Assembly: GCA_964654465.1 (NCBI GenBank)
Contig: CAZZIO010000018.1
Span: forward strand, 1-64,000
Origin: an uncultured Dictyoglomota bacterium
GTDB lineage: Bacteria > Dictyoglomota > Dictyoglomia > Dictyoglomales > Dictyoglomaceae
Length of the DNA: 64,000 bases
Reading direction: 5' to 3'
Below, one piece after another: positions 17,592-27,637 of this stretch; the first letter of the stretch is position 1, and each line of letters begins with the position of its first letter. Below the pieces are notes generated by a model. It was not told the DNA's origin and did not search any database. It saw nothing but the letters and a program-made list of their open reading frames with translations. Made by a program: the position numbers and the translations under genes.

Positions 17592-18332
17592 TTAGATTGC
17601 TAATCCTCCGTCTACATTAAGAACTATTCCTGTAATATAGGAAGCCTCGTCTGAAACCAAAAATTTTACAGCATTTGCCACATCTTCAGGATCTCCAAAT
17701 CTGCCTAAGGGAATTTCATCTAAAACTTTCTTTTTCATTTCTTCAGAAAGAACATCTGTCATTTCAGTTTTTATAAAGCCAGGAGCAATTGCATTTACTG
17801 TAATACCCCTTGATGCTACCTCTCTTGCTACAGCCTTTGTAAAGCCTATAATACCAGCCTTAGCTGAGGCATAATTAGCTTGTCCAATATTACCCTTCAG
17901 TCCTACCACTGATGAAATATTAATAATTCTACCACTTCTTTGTTTCAACATAATCTTTAATGCAGATTTTGTACAAAGAAATACACCTCTTAAATTCGTA
18001 TTTATTACTTGATCCCATTCTTCACTTTTCATTCTTATTAGAAGATTATCTTTAGTAATTCCTGCATTATTGACTAATATATCCAATTTTCCCCATTTTT
18101 CAATAACAAAATTGAACATCTTTTCAACTTCTTCCTCTACACTTACGTCAGCCTGATAAATTTCTCCCTCCCCACCTAACTTTTTCAATTCCTCTAAGGT
18201 TTCCAATGCTGATTCTTTTTTACCTCTATAATTGATGAGGACTTTAATTCCCTCTCTTCCAAGAGCAAGAACTATAGCTCTACCAATCCCTCTACCCCCA
18301 CCAGTTACAACTGCAACTTTATCCTTTAACAT
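17592..18332 (-). CDS. fabG: 3-oxoacyl-ACP reductase
   Basis: TGGGRGIG, NNAGIT, YASAK; start at MLKDK. Confidence 0.97.
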   Translation of the reverse strand: MLKDKVAVVTGGGRGIGRAIVLALGREGIKVLINYRGKKESALETLEELKKLGGEGEIYQADVSVEEEVEKMFNFVIEKWGKLDILVNNAGITKDNLLIRMKSEEWDQVINTNLRGVFLCTKSALKIMLKQRSGRIINISSVVGLKGNIGQANYASAKAGIIGFTKAVAREVASRGITVNAIAPGFIKTEMTDVLSEEMKKKVLDEIPLGRFGDPEDVANAVKFLVSDEASYITGIVLNVDGGLAI

Positions 18333-19249
18333 CCCAGTTCCCCCCTTAAAGTTTCTAAATCTTCTGATTTTTCTATTCCTATAACTTTGACCTCTGGAAT
18401 TATTTTTTTTATCAATCCTTGAAGCACCTTTCCCGGACCAACCTCTACAAAACAATCTATTCCTAAGTTATATATATTATTTATTGCTTCAACCCATCTT
18501 ACTGACCCTGTAAATTGTTTTATAAGTATATCCTTAACATTATTTTCTACAAAATCACATGTAGTACTACTAAGCACATTATATTTGGGTTTTTTAAAAT
18601 TAAAATTACTTAAATAATCCTTAAAAATCTCTTCAGCTTCTTTCATTAAAGGAGAATGAAAAGGACCACTAACAGATAAAGGTACGACCCTTTTTATCTT
18701 ATCTTTCATCTTTTGATACCATAAATCAAAAGCTTCTTTTTCTCCAGAAAGAACAATTTGTCCAGGAGAATTATAGTTAGCAATAAAGATATTCAAACCC
18801 TCTTTTTGAGATTCTTTTACGCTATTTTCTATCTCCTCCAAATCTCCACCAAGAATAGCCCACATTCCACCTTTAACCTTTTCTGCCACTTCACTCATTA
18901 CTTCAGATCTCTTTTTAATTAGATTCAGACCATCCTCAAAATTATAAACCTCTGCATAATAAAAAGCAGAATATTCTCCCAAGCTATGCCCTATTCCATA
19001 TTCTGCCCAAAAACCTTCTTTTTTCAAAAAATCTGATAACATAGCACTTACAGAAAAAATAGCTGGTTGAGATATTCTCGTATCCTTTAAAACCTCTTCT
19101 GGACCATTTTGAACCTTATCAATAAAATCCTTACCTAAAATCTCTTCCATAACTTGAAAGTAATACTCATATTCAGACTTCTCTAAAAATGGGCTAAACA
19201 TACCCACATACTGAGATCCCTGTCCTGGAAAGACAAAACATATCTTCAT
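18326..19249 (-). CDS. fabD: Malonyl-CoA:ACP transacylase
   Basis: FPGQGSQ, GHSLGE, PFHS. Confidence 0.97.
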   Translation of the reverse strand: MKICFVFPGQGSQYVGMFSPFLEKSEYEYYFQVMEEILGKDFIDKVQNGPEEVLKDTRISQPAIFSVSAMLSDFLKKEGFWAEYGIGHSLGEYSAFYYAEVYNFEDGLNLIKKRSEVMSEVAEKVKGGMWAILGGDLEEIENSVKESQKEGLNIFIANYNSPGQIVLSGEKEAFDLWYQKMKDKIKRVVPLSVSGPFHSPLMKEAEEIFKDYLSNFNFKKPKYNVLSSTTCDFVENNVKDILIKQFTGSVRWVEAINNIYNLGIDCFVEVGPGKVLQGLIKKIIPEVKVIGIEKSEDLETLRGELGC

Positions 19250-19273
19250 AGGTTAAACCCCTCACACTTCATT

Positions 19274-20266
19274 TTAACTTTCAATATTCTTCCATCTTAA
19301 TACAGCAGAGCCCCAAGAAAGTCCAGCTCCAAAACCAACTAAAGCCAAAATATCTCCGTCTTTTATCTTACCTTCTAAAACAAGCTCTTCAAGAGCAAGT
19401 GGTATGGAAGCTGTAGAAGTATTACCATATTTATGTATGTTAATAGCGACTTTGTCAATAGGAATACCCAATCTCTCTGCTCCTGTTTCAATAATCCTGA
19501 TATTTGCTTGGTGTGGAATAAGCCAATCTAAATCAGCAGGGGTTAGTCCTGCCTTTTTTAGAGATTCTTCTGTTGTTTCACCTAAAACTTTTACTGAAAA
19601 TTTAAAAACTTCTCTTCCATTCATTTTAATATAATGAAGCTTATTCTTTAATACCTCTTCAGAACATGGATTCTTTGCACATCCTCCAGGAATTGCTAAC
19701 AAATCAGCTCCCGATCCATCTAATTTAAGATCCCAAGAGAGTAAACCATAACCATCACCTACTTCTCTTAATACAACAGCTCCTGCACCATCTCCAAAAA
19801 GAACGCAAGTATTTCTATCTTCCCAATCAACAAATCTTGAAAGAACTTCTGTTCCTATAACTAAAACTGTTTTAACATCTCCTGATCTAATAAATTGGGC
19901 GCCTGTAATTAAAGAAGATACAAAACCAGTACAAGCACTAAGTAAATCAAAACCACCTGCATTTTTTGCCCCAATTTTATTTTGTATAACTGCAGCCATA
20001 GACGGAAAAATCATTTCTAAAGAAGCAGATGTAACAATAATAAGATCTATTTCCTCAGGTTCTACTTTAGCCATTTTCAAGGCTTTTAGTGCAGCTTCTG
20101 CTCCAAGATCTGATGGATTTACATTACTATCAGCTATATGTCTCTCTTTTATTCCTGTACGTGTAGTAATCCATTCATCAGAAGTATCTACCATCTTCTC
20201 CAAATCATAATTCGTTAAAACTTTTGGGGGAACTACCGTCCCAATCCCTATTATCCCTACACCCAT
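19274..20266 (-). CDS. fabH: 3-oxoacyl-ACP synthase III
   Basis: SACTGF, HQANIRI, YGNTS. Confidence 0.97.
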   Translation of the reverse strand: MGVGIIGIGTVVPPKVLTNYDLEKMVDTSDEWITTRTGIKERHIADSNVNPSDLGAEAALKALKMAKVEPEEIDLIIVTSASLEMIFPSMAAVIQNKIGAKNAGGFDLLSACTGFVSSLITGAQFIRSGDVKTVLVIGTEVLSRFVDWEDRNTCVLFGDGAGAVVLREVGDGYGLLSWDLKLDGSGADLLAIPGGCAKNPCSEEVLKNKLHYIKMNGREVFKFSVKVLGETTEESLKKAGLTPADLDWLIPHQANIRIIETGAERLGIPIDKVAINIHKYGNTSTASIPLALEELVLEGKIKDGDILALVGFGAGLSWGSAVLRWKNIES

Positions 20267-20282
20267 TTTAAATCTCCTTATA

Positions 20283-20474
20283 TTATTCTTCTTTCTCTTC
20301 CTTTACCTTTAATACTTCCCTACCCTCATAATAACCGCAAAATGGACATATTCTATGAGGTCTTATCATTTTATGACAGTGAGAACATTCTACTAACGCA
20401 ACACCACTTAGTTTATACCTCACCCATCTACGATCTCTTCTTGTAGTAGATAGTTTTTTCTTAGGAAGACCCAT
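20283..20474 (-). CDS. rpmF: 50S ribosomal protein L32
   Basis: PKKKLS...CSHC..PHRICPFCGYY. Confidence 0.95.
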   Translation of the reverse strand: MGLPKKKLSTTRRDRRWVRYKLSGVALVECSHCHKMIRPHRICPFCGYYEGREVLKVKEEKEE

Positions 20475-20476
20475 TG

Positions 20477-21013
20477 CTATTTCCCTCCCTTTTTATCTAA
20501 AAACTTTTTAAGTGGCTCCCATCTTGGATCAAACTTACTTTCTTTTGAACATTCACACTCACCTAAATTAAGGTCCTTCCCACATACAGGACATAATCCT
20601 TTACAATCGGGACGGCAGAGTGGTTTTACAGGTATATTTAATCTTATACTATCCTCAAGAAGAGGATCTAGAAAGAGACTCTCTTTTTCAAGTACAAATT
20701 TAAAATCTTCATCTTTTAACTCAATAATATCTCCAGGGCTTATGTTTCTTTGTATAGGAATATCCCATAAATATATTTCCTGAATCTTAGCTTCCAAATT
20801 ATAAGGAAAATCTTTCAAACATCTACTGCATACAAGACTTAATTTTGTCTTAATATTACCTTTTACTAATACTTCTTTACCTAAATTTATAAGCTTTAAT
20901 CTTATATGAACAGGTTCTAAAAAAAGCAAATCTTCGTAATGAGGAATAAAATCTTCCTCGTAAATAAACTCCTTTCCTACCTCAGAATGTAAATCAGCAA
21001 GATAAATTTCCAC
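20477..21013 (-). CDS. yceD: DUF177/YceD family protein
   Basis: CSRCL, LCRPDCKGLCPVCG, DPRW; upstream of rpmF. Confidence 0.9.
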   Translation of the reverse strand: MEIYLADLHSEVGKEFIYEEDFIPHYEDLLFLEPVHIRLKLINLGKEVLVKGNIKTKLSLVCSRCLKDFPYNLEAKIQEIYLWDIPIQRNISPGDIIELKDEDFKFVLEKESLFLDPLLEDSIRLNIPVKPLCRPDCKGLCPVCGKDLNLGECECSKESKFDPRWEPLKKFLDKKGGK

Positions 21014-21028
21014 AATATCACCTTCTTT

Positions 21029-22228
21029 TTATTTATTCCCTACAATTTTAACTGTTTCTCCTGCAATCATTAACTCTTCATTAGTTGGTATTACCCATAC
21101 CTCAACCTTTGAATCGGGAGTACTTATCTTTAATTCTTCACCTTTTACTTTATTTTTCTCTGGATCAATCTTTACACCAAGATGTTCTAAACCCTCACAT
21201 ATTAAACTTCTCTCTAATGGTCCTCTTTCACCAACACCAGCAGTGAATATCAAAACATCGAGTCCACCTAATATAGCGTAATAGGCACCAATATATTTTT
21301 TAATTCTATAAGCAAAAACCTTTAAAGCCAACAAGGCTCTTTCATTACCTTTTTCAGCAGCTTCTCCTACATCTCTAAAATCACTACTTACTCCGGAAAT
21401 ACCTAAAATACCACTTTTCTTATTAAGAATGTTATCCATTTCTTTTGGAGATAAATTTTCCTTTTCCATCATAATAAGTGGGATCGCAGGATCAATATCA
21501 CCACATCTTGTCCCCATAACCAGTCCTTCTAACGGTGTATATCCCATACTAGTATCTATTGATTTACCATTTTTAATGGCTGTAATACTTGCTCCATTTC
21601 CAAGATGGCAAGAAATAATTTTTAATTCTTCCAATGGTTTTCCAGTTAATTGAGCAACTCTTCTTGAGACATAATAATGGGAAGTACCATGAAAACCATA
21701 TCTTCTAATCTTGTATTTCTCATACCATTCATAAGGAAGGGCATAAATGTATGCTTCTTTTGGCATGGTTTGATGAAAGGCAGTATCAAATACTAAAACT
21801 TGTGGGGCTTCTGGTATTAAAGACATACAGGCTTCAACACCTTGTATATTATAGGGATTATGAAGAGGAGCCAAATTTTCACATTCCTTTAATTTCTTAT
21901 AAGTTTCTGGGGTCACTAAGGTAGCCTCAAAAAAGCTTTCTCCACCATGTACAACCCTATGTCCTACAGCATCAATATCATTAAGAGAACTCAATATTCC
22001 ATCGTTTTTATCTACCAACAACTTAAATATCTCTTCTATTGCTTTCTTATGAGTGGGTAAAGGTACCTCATAAATTTTTTTAGATTCTAAGCCTCTTTGA
22101 TATACAATCCTTGAACCATCAAGGCCTATCCTTTCAGCAAGCCCCTTTGCTAATACACTCTCATCCTTCATATCAAAAATCTGATACTTCACTGATGAAC
22201 TTCCACAGTTTAAAACAAGTACTTTCAT
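21029..22228 (-). CDS. ackA: Acetate kinase
   Basis: LNCGSSS, GHRVVHGG, YGFHGTSH, TNEE. Confidence 0.97.
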   Translation of the reverse strand: MKVLVLNCGSSSVKYQIFDMKDESVLAKGLAERIGLDGSRIVYQRGLESKKIYEVPLPTHKKAIEEIFKLLVDKNDGILSSLNDIDAVGHRVVHGGESFFEATLVTPETYKKLKECENLAPLHNPYNIQGVEACMSLIPEAPQVLVFDTAFHQTMPKEAYIYALPYEWYEKYKIRRYGFHGTSHYYVSRRVAQLTGKPLEELKIISCHLGNGASITAIKNGKSIDTSMGYTPLEGLVMGTRCGDIDPAIPLIMMEKENLSPKEMDNILNKKSGILGISGVSSDFRDVGEAAEKGNERALLALKVFAYRIKKYIGAYYAILGGLDVLIFTAGVGERGPLERSLICEGLEHLGVKIDPEKNKVKGEELKISTPDSKVEVWVIPTNEELMIAGETVKIVGNK

Positions 22229-22321
22229 AGCTACCTCCTTTTCTACCTTGAAATTTATCCACGTAATTATACTATAGCAAGGAATGTTTCACAAGATTTA
22301 CAAAAGATGTTAATATTTTTT

Positions 22322-22963
22322 TTAAATTTTTCTTATATGTTCAACAGGAATATTATTCTTTCTAAATATCTCATTCACCAAAGCAAGATCTTCTGTCTCT
22401 AGTCTGAGCACTAAAAAACCATAATCCTCAGAATCACTTGGAAAGGTAGCCATACTCATAATATTTATTCCCTTTTCAGCAATAAGATTTACAATTTTTG
22501 CTATTTCTCCAGGAGTATTTTTTATTCTTAATGTATATCTCAAACCTTTTTTACCATCTCCAAGCATCTCTATAAAAGCCTTAAAAATATCACTTTCTGT
22601 TATTATTCCAATAACTTCTCCATTTTCTATAACAGGTAAAGCACTTATCTTATTATCTCTCATGATTAAAGCAGCCTCCTCAATAGGAGCATCTGCATCT
22701 ACTGTTATAGGATTGGAAGTCATTGCATCTTTTACTTTTAATTTTTCTAAAAGATAATTGATTTCAAAAATACTTAAAGATGTAGCTTGAGATGGTGATA
22801 CAGACCTTAAATCTCTTTCCGTTACAATACCTACAAGCTTTCCTTTTTCCATAACAAGCAATCTTCTTACTTGGGATTCTTGCATTATCTTCCATGCTTC
22901 CAAAATAGACGTATCAGGAGATACACTTATAGGATTTTTGGTCATTCGCATTCTAACAAGCAT
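22322..22963 (-). CDS. CBS-pair + ACT domain protein (AcuB-like)
   Basis: Two CBS repeats, SPSQATSLSIFE, C-terminal ACT domain. Confidence 0.85.
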   Translation of the reverse strand: MLVRMRMTKNPISVSPDTSILEAWKIMQESQVRRLLVMEKGKLVGIVTERDLRSVSPSQATSLSIFEINYLLEKLKVKDAMTSNPITVDADAPIEEAALIMRDNKISALPVIENGEVIGIITESDIFKAFIEMLGDGKKGLRYTLRIKNTPGEIAKIVNLIAEKGINIMSMATFPSDSEDYGFLVLRLETEDLALVNEIFRKNNIPVEHIRKI

Positions 22964-22969
22964 AATAAA

Positions 22970-23674
22970 TCAACCTCCTAAGTAGGCCTTCTTAACGGCC
23001 TCATTATTAGCAATCTCCTCTGTCGGACCTGAAAGGACAATTTTTCCTGTTTCCATAACATATACCCTATGGGCAATGGAAAAAGCCATATTGGCATTTT
23101 GTTCTACAAGAAGGAGAGTTATTTTTTCTTCATTTATCTTTTTTAATACAGAAAAAATCTCTTGAACAAGTAAGGGAGCAAGTCCCATAGAAGGCTCATC
23201 AAGTAAAAGAAGTCTCGCATTAGACATTAAAGCTCTACCTATGGCAAGCATTTGTTGCTCTCCACCACTTAATGTTCCAGCTAATTGTTTTTGTCTTTCT
23301 CTAAGACGAGGAAAAAGATTATACACAAATTCTAAATTTTTTTCTACTACCTTTTTATCTTTAACAAGATAAGCACCCATTTCTAAATTCTCTTTTACAG
23401 TCATGTTAGGAAATACTCTTCTCCCCTCAGGAACATGTGCAATTCCAAGGGAAGCAATCTTATATGATGGTAATTTGGTAAGGTTTATTTCGTAAAAATA
23501 AATATCACCTTTTACTATTGGAGTTAATCTAAATATAGAACGAAGGGTAGTTGTTTTACCTGCACCATTGGCTCCAATAAGAGCAACTACTTCTCCTTCT
23601 TTAACATCAAGATTTATACCTTGTAAGGCTTTTATACCACCATAATAAACATGCAGATCTTTAATGGATAACAC
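22970..23674 (-). CDS. livF: Branched-chain amino acid ABC transporter ATPase
   Basis: GANGAGKTT, LSGGEQQM, DEPSMGLAP. Confidence 0.93.
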   Translation of the reverse strand: MLSIKDLHVYYGGIKALQGINLDVKEGEVVALIGANGAGKTTTLRSIFRLTPIVKGDIYFYEINLTKLPSYKIASLGIAHVPEGRRVFPNMTVKENLEMGAYLVKDKKVVEKNLEFVYNLFPRLRERQKQLAGTLSGGEQQMLAIGRALMSNARLLLLDEPSMGLAPLLVQEIFSVLKKINEEKITLLLVEQNANMAFSIAHRVYVMETGKIVLSGPTEEIANNEAVKKAYLGG

Positions 23675-24440
23675 CTTTTACCTCCTTACCCAAATATGCC
23701 TCAATAACTCTTGGGTTATTTTTAACTTCTTCAGGTTTTCCTTCTGCAATTTTCATACCAAAATCCAATACAATTATTCTCTCACATATATTCATAACTA
23801 CTTCCATATGATGTTCAATAAGTAAGATGGTAAGATTGAATCTCTCTCTTATAGTAGATATCAAATTTACAAGCTCAAGAGACTCATTTAGATTCATACC
23901 AGCTGCAGGTTCATCTAAAAGTAAAAGGGAAGGCTCGGTGGCCATTGCTCTTGCTATTTCAAGTTTCCTCTGCTCTCCATAAGGAAGATTTTCTGCAATT
24001 TCATCTTTTCTTTTGTAAAGTCCGAAGAAATCTAAGTATTCTTCAGCCTTGTCCCTCTGAATACTTTCTTGTTGAATATACTTACGATTAGAAATTAATG
24101 TATCAAACAAGGATGCATTATAAACTTTGTGCATAGCTATCATCACATTTTCTAAAACTGTTAGTTTTTTAAATAACCTTGGATTTTGAAATGTTCTTGC
24201 TATTCCAAGCTTTGTTATTTGATAGGGTTTCATACCTAATAAATTTTTTCCATTAAATATAATACTTCCTTTAATAGGTAGATAAAAACCAGTCATTAGA
24301 TTAAAAACAGTCGTTTTTCCAGCCCCATTAGGACCAATTATTCCTAAAATCTCATTTTTTTCTACTTCAAAAGAAAGATCTGAAACTGCCATCAGTCCCC
24401 CAAAGGCACAAGATAGATTTTTCACTTCTAAGATAGCCAT
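23661..24440 (-). CDS. livG: Branched-chain amino acid ABC transporter ATPase
   Basis: GPNGAGKTT, LPYGEQRKLE, DEPAAG. Confidence 0.93.
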   Translation of the reverse strand: MAILEVKNLSCAFGGLMAVSDLSFEVEKNEILGIIGPNGAGKTTVFNLMTGFYLPIKGSIIFNGKNLLGMKPYQITKLGIARTFQNPRLFKKLTVLENVMIAMHKVYNASLFDTLISNRKYIQQESIQRDKAEEYLDFFGLYKRKDEIAENLPYGEQRKLEIARAMATEPSLLLLDEPAAGMNLNESLELVNLISTIRERFNLTILLIEHHMEVVMNICERIIVLDFGMKIAEGKPEEVKNNPRVIEAYLGKEVKGVIH

Positions 24441-25420
24441 TAGCCTATCCCTTTCCTTCTCAAGAATTTATATAATCTGTAAAAGGAAATCTCTCTATTA
24501 CCCATAAGTCCTGAAGGTCTTACAAGCATCATTATTATCAGAGTTAAAGAATAAATAATTAATCTTAAGTGTGCAAAACCCCTTAATACCTCTGGAAGAA
24601 CAGTTAAAACAAAGGCTCCAAAAATAGATCCCGTTATACTTCCAAGTCCTCCAAGTACAATCATGAGTAATATTTCCACAGATCTCATAAAAGTAAAACT
24701 ACTAGGATGTAACATCATTAAGTAATGGGCAAAAAGTCCTCCTGCGATTCCAGCAAAAAAGGCACCTATAGAAAAGGCAAGTACTTTATAATAAGTAGTA
24801 TTTATTCCCATGCTTTCAGAAGCAGTTTCATCTTCTCTTATAGATATTATTGCCCTACCATGAGAAGAATTTATGACCCTGTATATAACCACAACAGCTA
24901 TAAAAGCCCAAAGAGCAACCCAAGTTATATCGGTTAGCTTTGGTATACCAGGAAAACCTCTTGGTCCTCCTACCACATCTAAATTTAAAATTGCAACCCT
25001 GATGATTTCACCAAAACCTAAAGTGGCTATGGCAAGATAATCCCCTTTAAGTCTTAAAGTAGGAATACCTATCATTAGTCCTAACAGGGCAGCAAACAAA
25101 CCTCCAATAATAAGAAAAGCTAAAAATATAACACCTTGAGCCAAATCTCTTGGAAGAAAACTTAACATATTTAATAGTTTCTCTCCCTGATAGATACTTA
25201 GGGCTGCACTAAAATATCCTCCTGCTGCCATAAACCCTGCATGCCCAATTGAGAATTGTCCTGTAAAACCATTTATCAAATTTAAACTTACTGCAAGAAT
25301 AGAATTTATCCCAAAAAATACTAAAATTTGATATATATAAGGATCCAAATTCTTACTTAATACAGAAAGAAATAATATTAATATTAAAGTTGATAAGGTC
25401 AAAAGATTTCTTCTCATCAC
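24440..25420 (-). CDS. livM: Branched-chain amino acid ABC transporter permease
   Basis: GQFSIGHAGF, LKGDYLAIATLGFGE. Confidence 0.93.
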   Translation of the reverse strand: MMRRNLLTLSTLILILFLSVLSKNLDPYIYQILVFFGINSILAVSLNLINGFTGQFSIGHAGFMAAGGYFSAALSIYQGEKLLNMLSFLPRDLAQGVIFLAFLIIGGLFAALLGLMIGIPTLRLKGDYLAIATLGFGEIIRVAILNLDVVGGPRGFPGIPKLTDITWVALWAFIAVVVIYRVINSSHGRAIISIREDETASESMGINTTYYKVLAFSIGAFFAGIAGGLFAHYLMMLHPSSFTFMRSVEILLMIVLGGLGSITGSIFGAFVLTVLPEVLRGFAHLRLIIYSLTLIIMMLVRPSGLMGNREISFYRLYKFLRRKGIG

Positions 25421-26295
25421 ACCTTTTCCCTCATATATTTTCCTAAAAGTCCTGAAGGTCTAACTAAAAGAATTATTATAAGAATTATAAAAGCAACAGC
25501 ATCTCTAACAGTAGATGATATAAAGGCAGAAACTAAAACTTCCGCAATACCTAAAATAAACCCACCAAGCATAGCTCCTGGTATTATTCCAATACCCCCT
25601 AAAACAGCTGCCACAAAAGCTTTTAAACCTGGCATAACTCCCATATAAGGTTCTATTTTATTAAAATATAGCCCTACAAGTACGCCACCTGCAGCTGCTA
25701 AAGCAGATCCAAGAGCAAAAGTAAATGATATAACACTATCAATATTAATCCCAAGCATCAACGCCATCTCTTTATCTTGAGAAACAGCCCTCATTGCTTT
25801 CCCTATCTTTGTTCTCATAACAATAAATTGGAGGAGTATCATAAGAAGAATAGATATTAATAAAATTATAATTTGACGATTAGTCAAAATAAGACCACCT
25901 ATATTGTATATATCTACAGGAATACTTTGGGGAAAAGATCGGGGTGACGCACCTACTATAAGTACCATCAAATTCTCTAAAAGAAACGAAACACCTATAG
26001 CTGTTATCAATAATGAGATCCTTGGAGCTATTCTTAAGGGTCTATAAGCAAATCTTTCTATAAGCATACCTATGACACTTGCACCGATCATTGCTACAAC
26101 AAGCCCTAAAGCAAAAGGTAAATTCCAAGAACCTAAAGCAAAATAACCTATAAATGCTCCTACCATAAATATGTCTCCATGAGCAAAATTAATAAGTCTT
26201 AATATACCATATACCATGGTATAGCCTAAAGCAATTAAGGCGTATATACTACCTAAGGATATTCCATTTATTATTTGCTGTAATATATCAACCAT
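25417..26295 (-). CDS. livH: Branched-chain amino acid ABC transporter permease
   Basis: YALIALGYTMVYG, INFAHG. Confidence 0.93.
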   Translation of the reverse strand: MVDILQQIINGISLGSIYALIALGYTMVYGILRLINFAHGDIFMVGAFIGYFALGSWNLPFALGLVVAMIGASVIGMLIERFAYRPLRIAPRISLLITAIGVSFLLENLMVLIVGASPRSFPQSIPVDIYNIGGLILTNRQIIILLISILLMILLQFIVMRTKIGKAMRAVSQDKEMALMLGINIDSVISFTFALGSALAAAGGVLVGLYFNKIEPYMGVMPGLKAFVAAVLGGIGIIPGAMLGGFILGIAEVLVSAFISSTVRDAVAFIILIIILLVRPSGLLGKYMREKV

Positions 26296-26340
26296 CTATC
26301 CACGCTCCATTTTAAAGATAAAACCTTTATATTATACAAG

Positions 26341-26368
26341 AAGGGAGGTAGATAAATCTACCTCCCTT
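26341..26368 (-). terminator. Hairpin after the substrate-binding protein gene
   Basis: AAGGGAGGTAGA-TAAA-TCTACCTCCCTT. Confidence 0.65.
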
Positions 26369-26382
26369 ATATTAAAAACTTG

Positions 26383-27513
26383 TTATGGCTTCACTGTAGT
26401 CCTATAAACTTGTTTTCCATCTTTAATCTCAATTATAACTGCACTTTTTACTGGATTTCTATTTGCATCAAAAGTTATTACTCCTGTCACTCCTCTGAAT
26501 CCCTTTGTGGCTGCAAGAGCATCTCTTATCTTTGAAGAATCTGTACTACCAGCTCTCTTAATAGCATCTACCAATAGTTTGGCTGCATCATAAGCAAGAG
26601 CAGCTAAAGCATCTGGTGTTGTTCCATACTTCTTTTGATAATTCTTTACAAAGGTTTGAACTACAACTTCCTTTGAATCAGGACTATAGTGGTTGCTGAA
26701 GAAACATCCTTCAGCAGCTTTTCCTGCTGTTTGAAGAAGTACAGGAGAATCCCAACCATCTCCGCCACCAAATGGAACAGTTATTCCAAGCTCTCTTGCT
26801 TGAAGAAGGATAGGCCCTACATCGGCATAATATCCTGGTACATATACAAAATCTGGTTTTGCTGATTTGATTTTAGTCAGTTGAGCTCTAAAATCAGAGT
26901 CTCCCTCAGAATATGACTCTTCAGCCACTATCTTACCACCAAGAGCGGTAAATTTCTGTTTAAAGAATTGGGCAAGTCCTTTACTATAGTCACTTGTCAC
27001 AGCGGTAAGTATGGCTGCAGTCTTTAATTTTAAATTTTTATAAACAAAATTTGCCATTACTTCCCCTTGGAAATCATCTATAAAGCATGCTCTAAAGATA
27101 TAATCTCCTACTTGTGTTACTTTTGGATTTGTTGCGGTTGGTGTCAGAAGTACTATTTTAGATTGTTGAGCAATAGGAGCTACTACTAAAGTAACAGAGC
27201 TTGTTACTTCTGCTATAAGAGCCACAACCTTATCTCTCTCAATAAGCTTTTTAGCAGCGTTTGCTGCCTCTTCTGGTTTGTACTGGTCATCTTCAATTAG
27301 AAGTTCAATCTTACTTCCTAATACTCCTCCTCTTAAATTAACCTCTTCAATGGCCATTTTTGCTCCATTTGCGCAGGATGTACCAAAAGTAGCCAATGGA
27401 CCAGTAATTGGGAATATAGCTCCTATTCTTATTGTTCCTGCTGCTTGTAAGGGTATTACCAAAAGAAAAATTGAAACCATAGAGATTAGGAAAAGTTTTG
27501 TAAAACGCTTCAT
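26383..27513 (-). CDS. Branched-chain amino acid ABC transporter substrate-binding protein (LivJ/K family)
   Basis: Signal peptide; IRIGAIFPITG; FRACFIDDFQG; operon context. Confidence 0.9.
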   Translation of the reverse strand: MKRFTKLFLISMVSIFLLVIPLQAAGTIRIGAIFPITGPLATFGTSCANGAKMAIEEVNLRGGVLGSKIELLIEDDQYKPEEAANAAKKLIERDKVVALIAEVTSSVTLVVAPIAQQSKIVLLTPTATNPKVTQVGDYIFRACFIDDFQGEVMANFVYKNLKLKTAAILTAVTSDYSKGLAQFFKQKFTALGGKIVAEESYSEGDSDFRAQLTKIKSAKPDFVYVPGYYADVGPILLQARELGITVPFGGGDGWDSPVLLQTAGKAAEGCFFSNHYSPDSKEVVVQTFVKNYQKKYGTTPDALAALAYDAAKLLVDAIKRAGSTDSSKIRDALAATKGFRGVTGVITFDANRNPVKSAVIIEIKDGKQVYRTTVKP

Positions 27514-27540
27514 TTCTTCACCTCCCTAAAGTATATTTAT

Positions 27541-27577
27541 AAAAAAACAGGGACATTCTCTAAAGAACATCCCTGTT
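27541..27577 (-). terminator. Intrinsic terminator after asnS
   Basis: AACAGGGA...TCCCTGTT stem followed by a T run on the minus strand. Confidence 0.65.
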
Positions 27578-27637
27578 CTAAGTATTGAAAAGTATAACTA
27601 AATTTTTAGCTTAATGTCAACTCCGTATATTTTCAAA

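Noticed and set aside
17245-18455. Long N-terminal extensions of fabF and fabG in the ORF track (also acpP, ftsY, lemA, mat)
   Set aside because: RBS position and family N-termini support the downstream starts; the extensions overlap hairpins, RBSs or upstream genes.
22279-22305. Rex operator upstream of ackA
   Set aside because: Only one half-site (TTCACAA) matches; no 18-bp palindrome.
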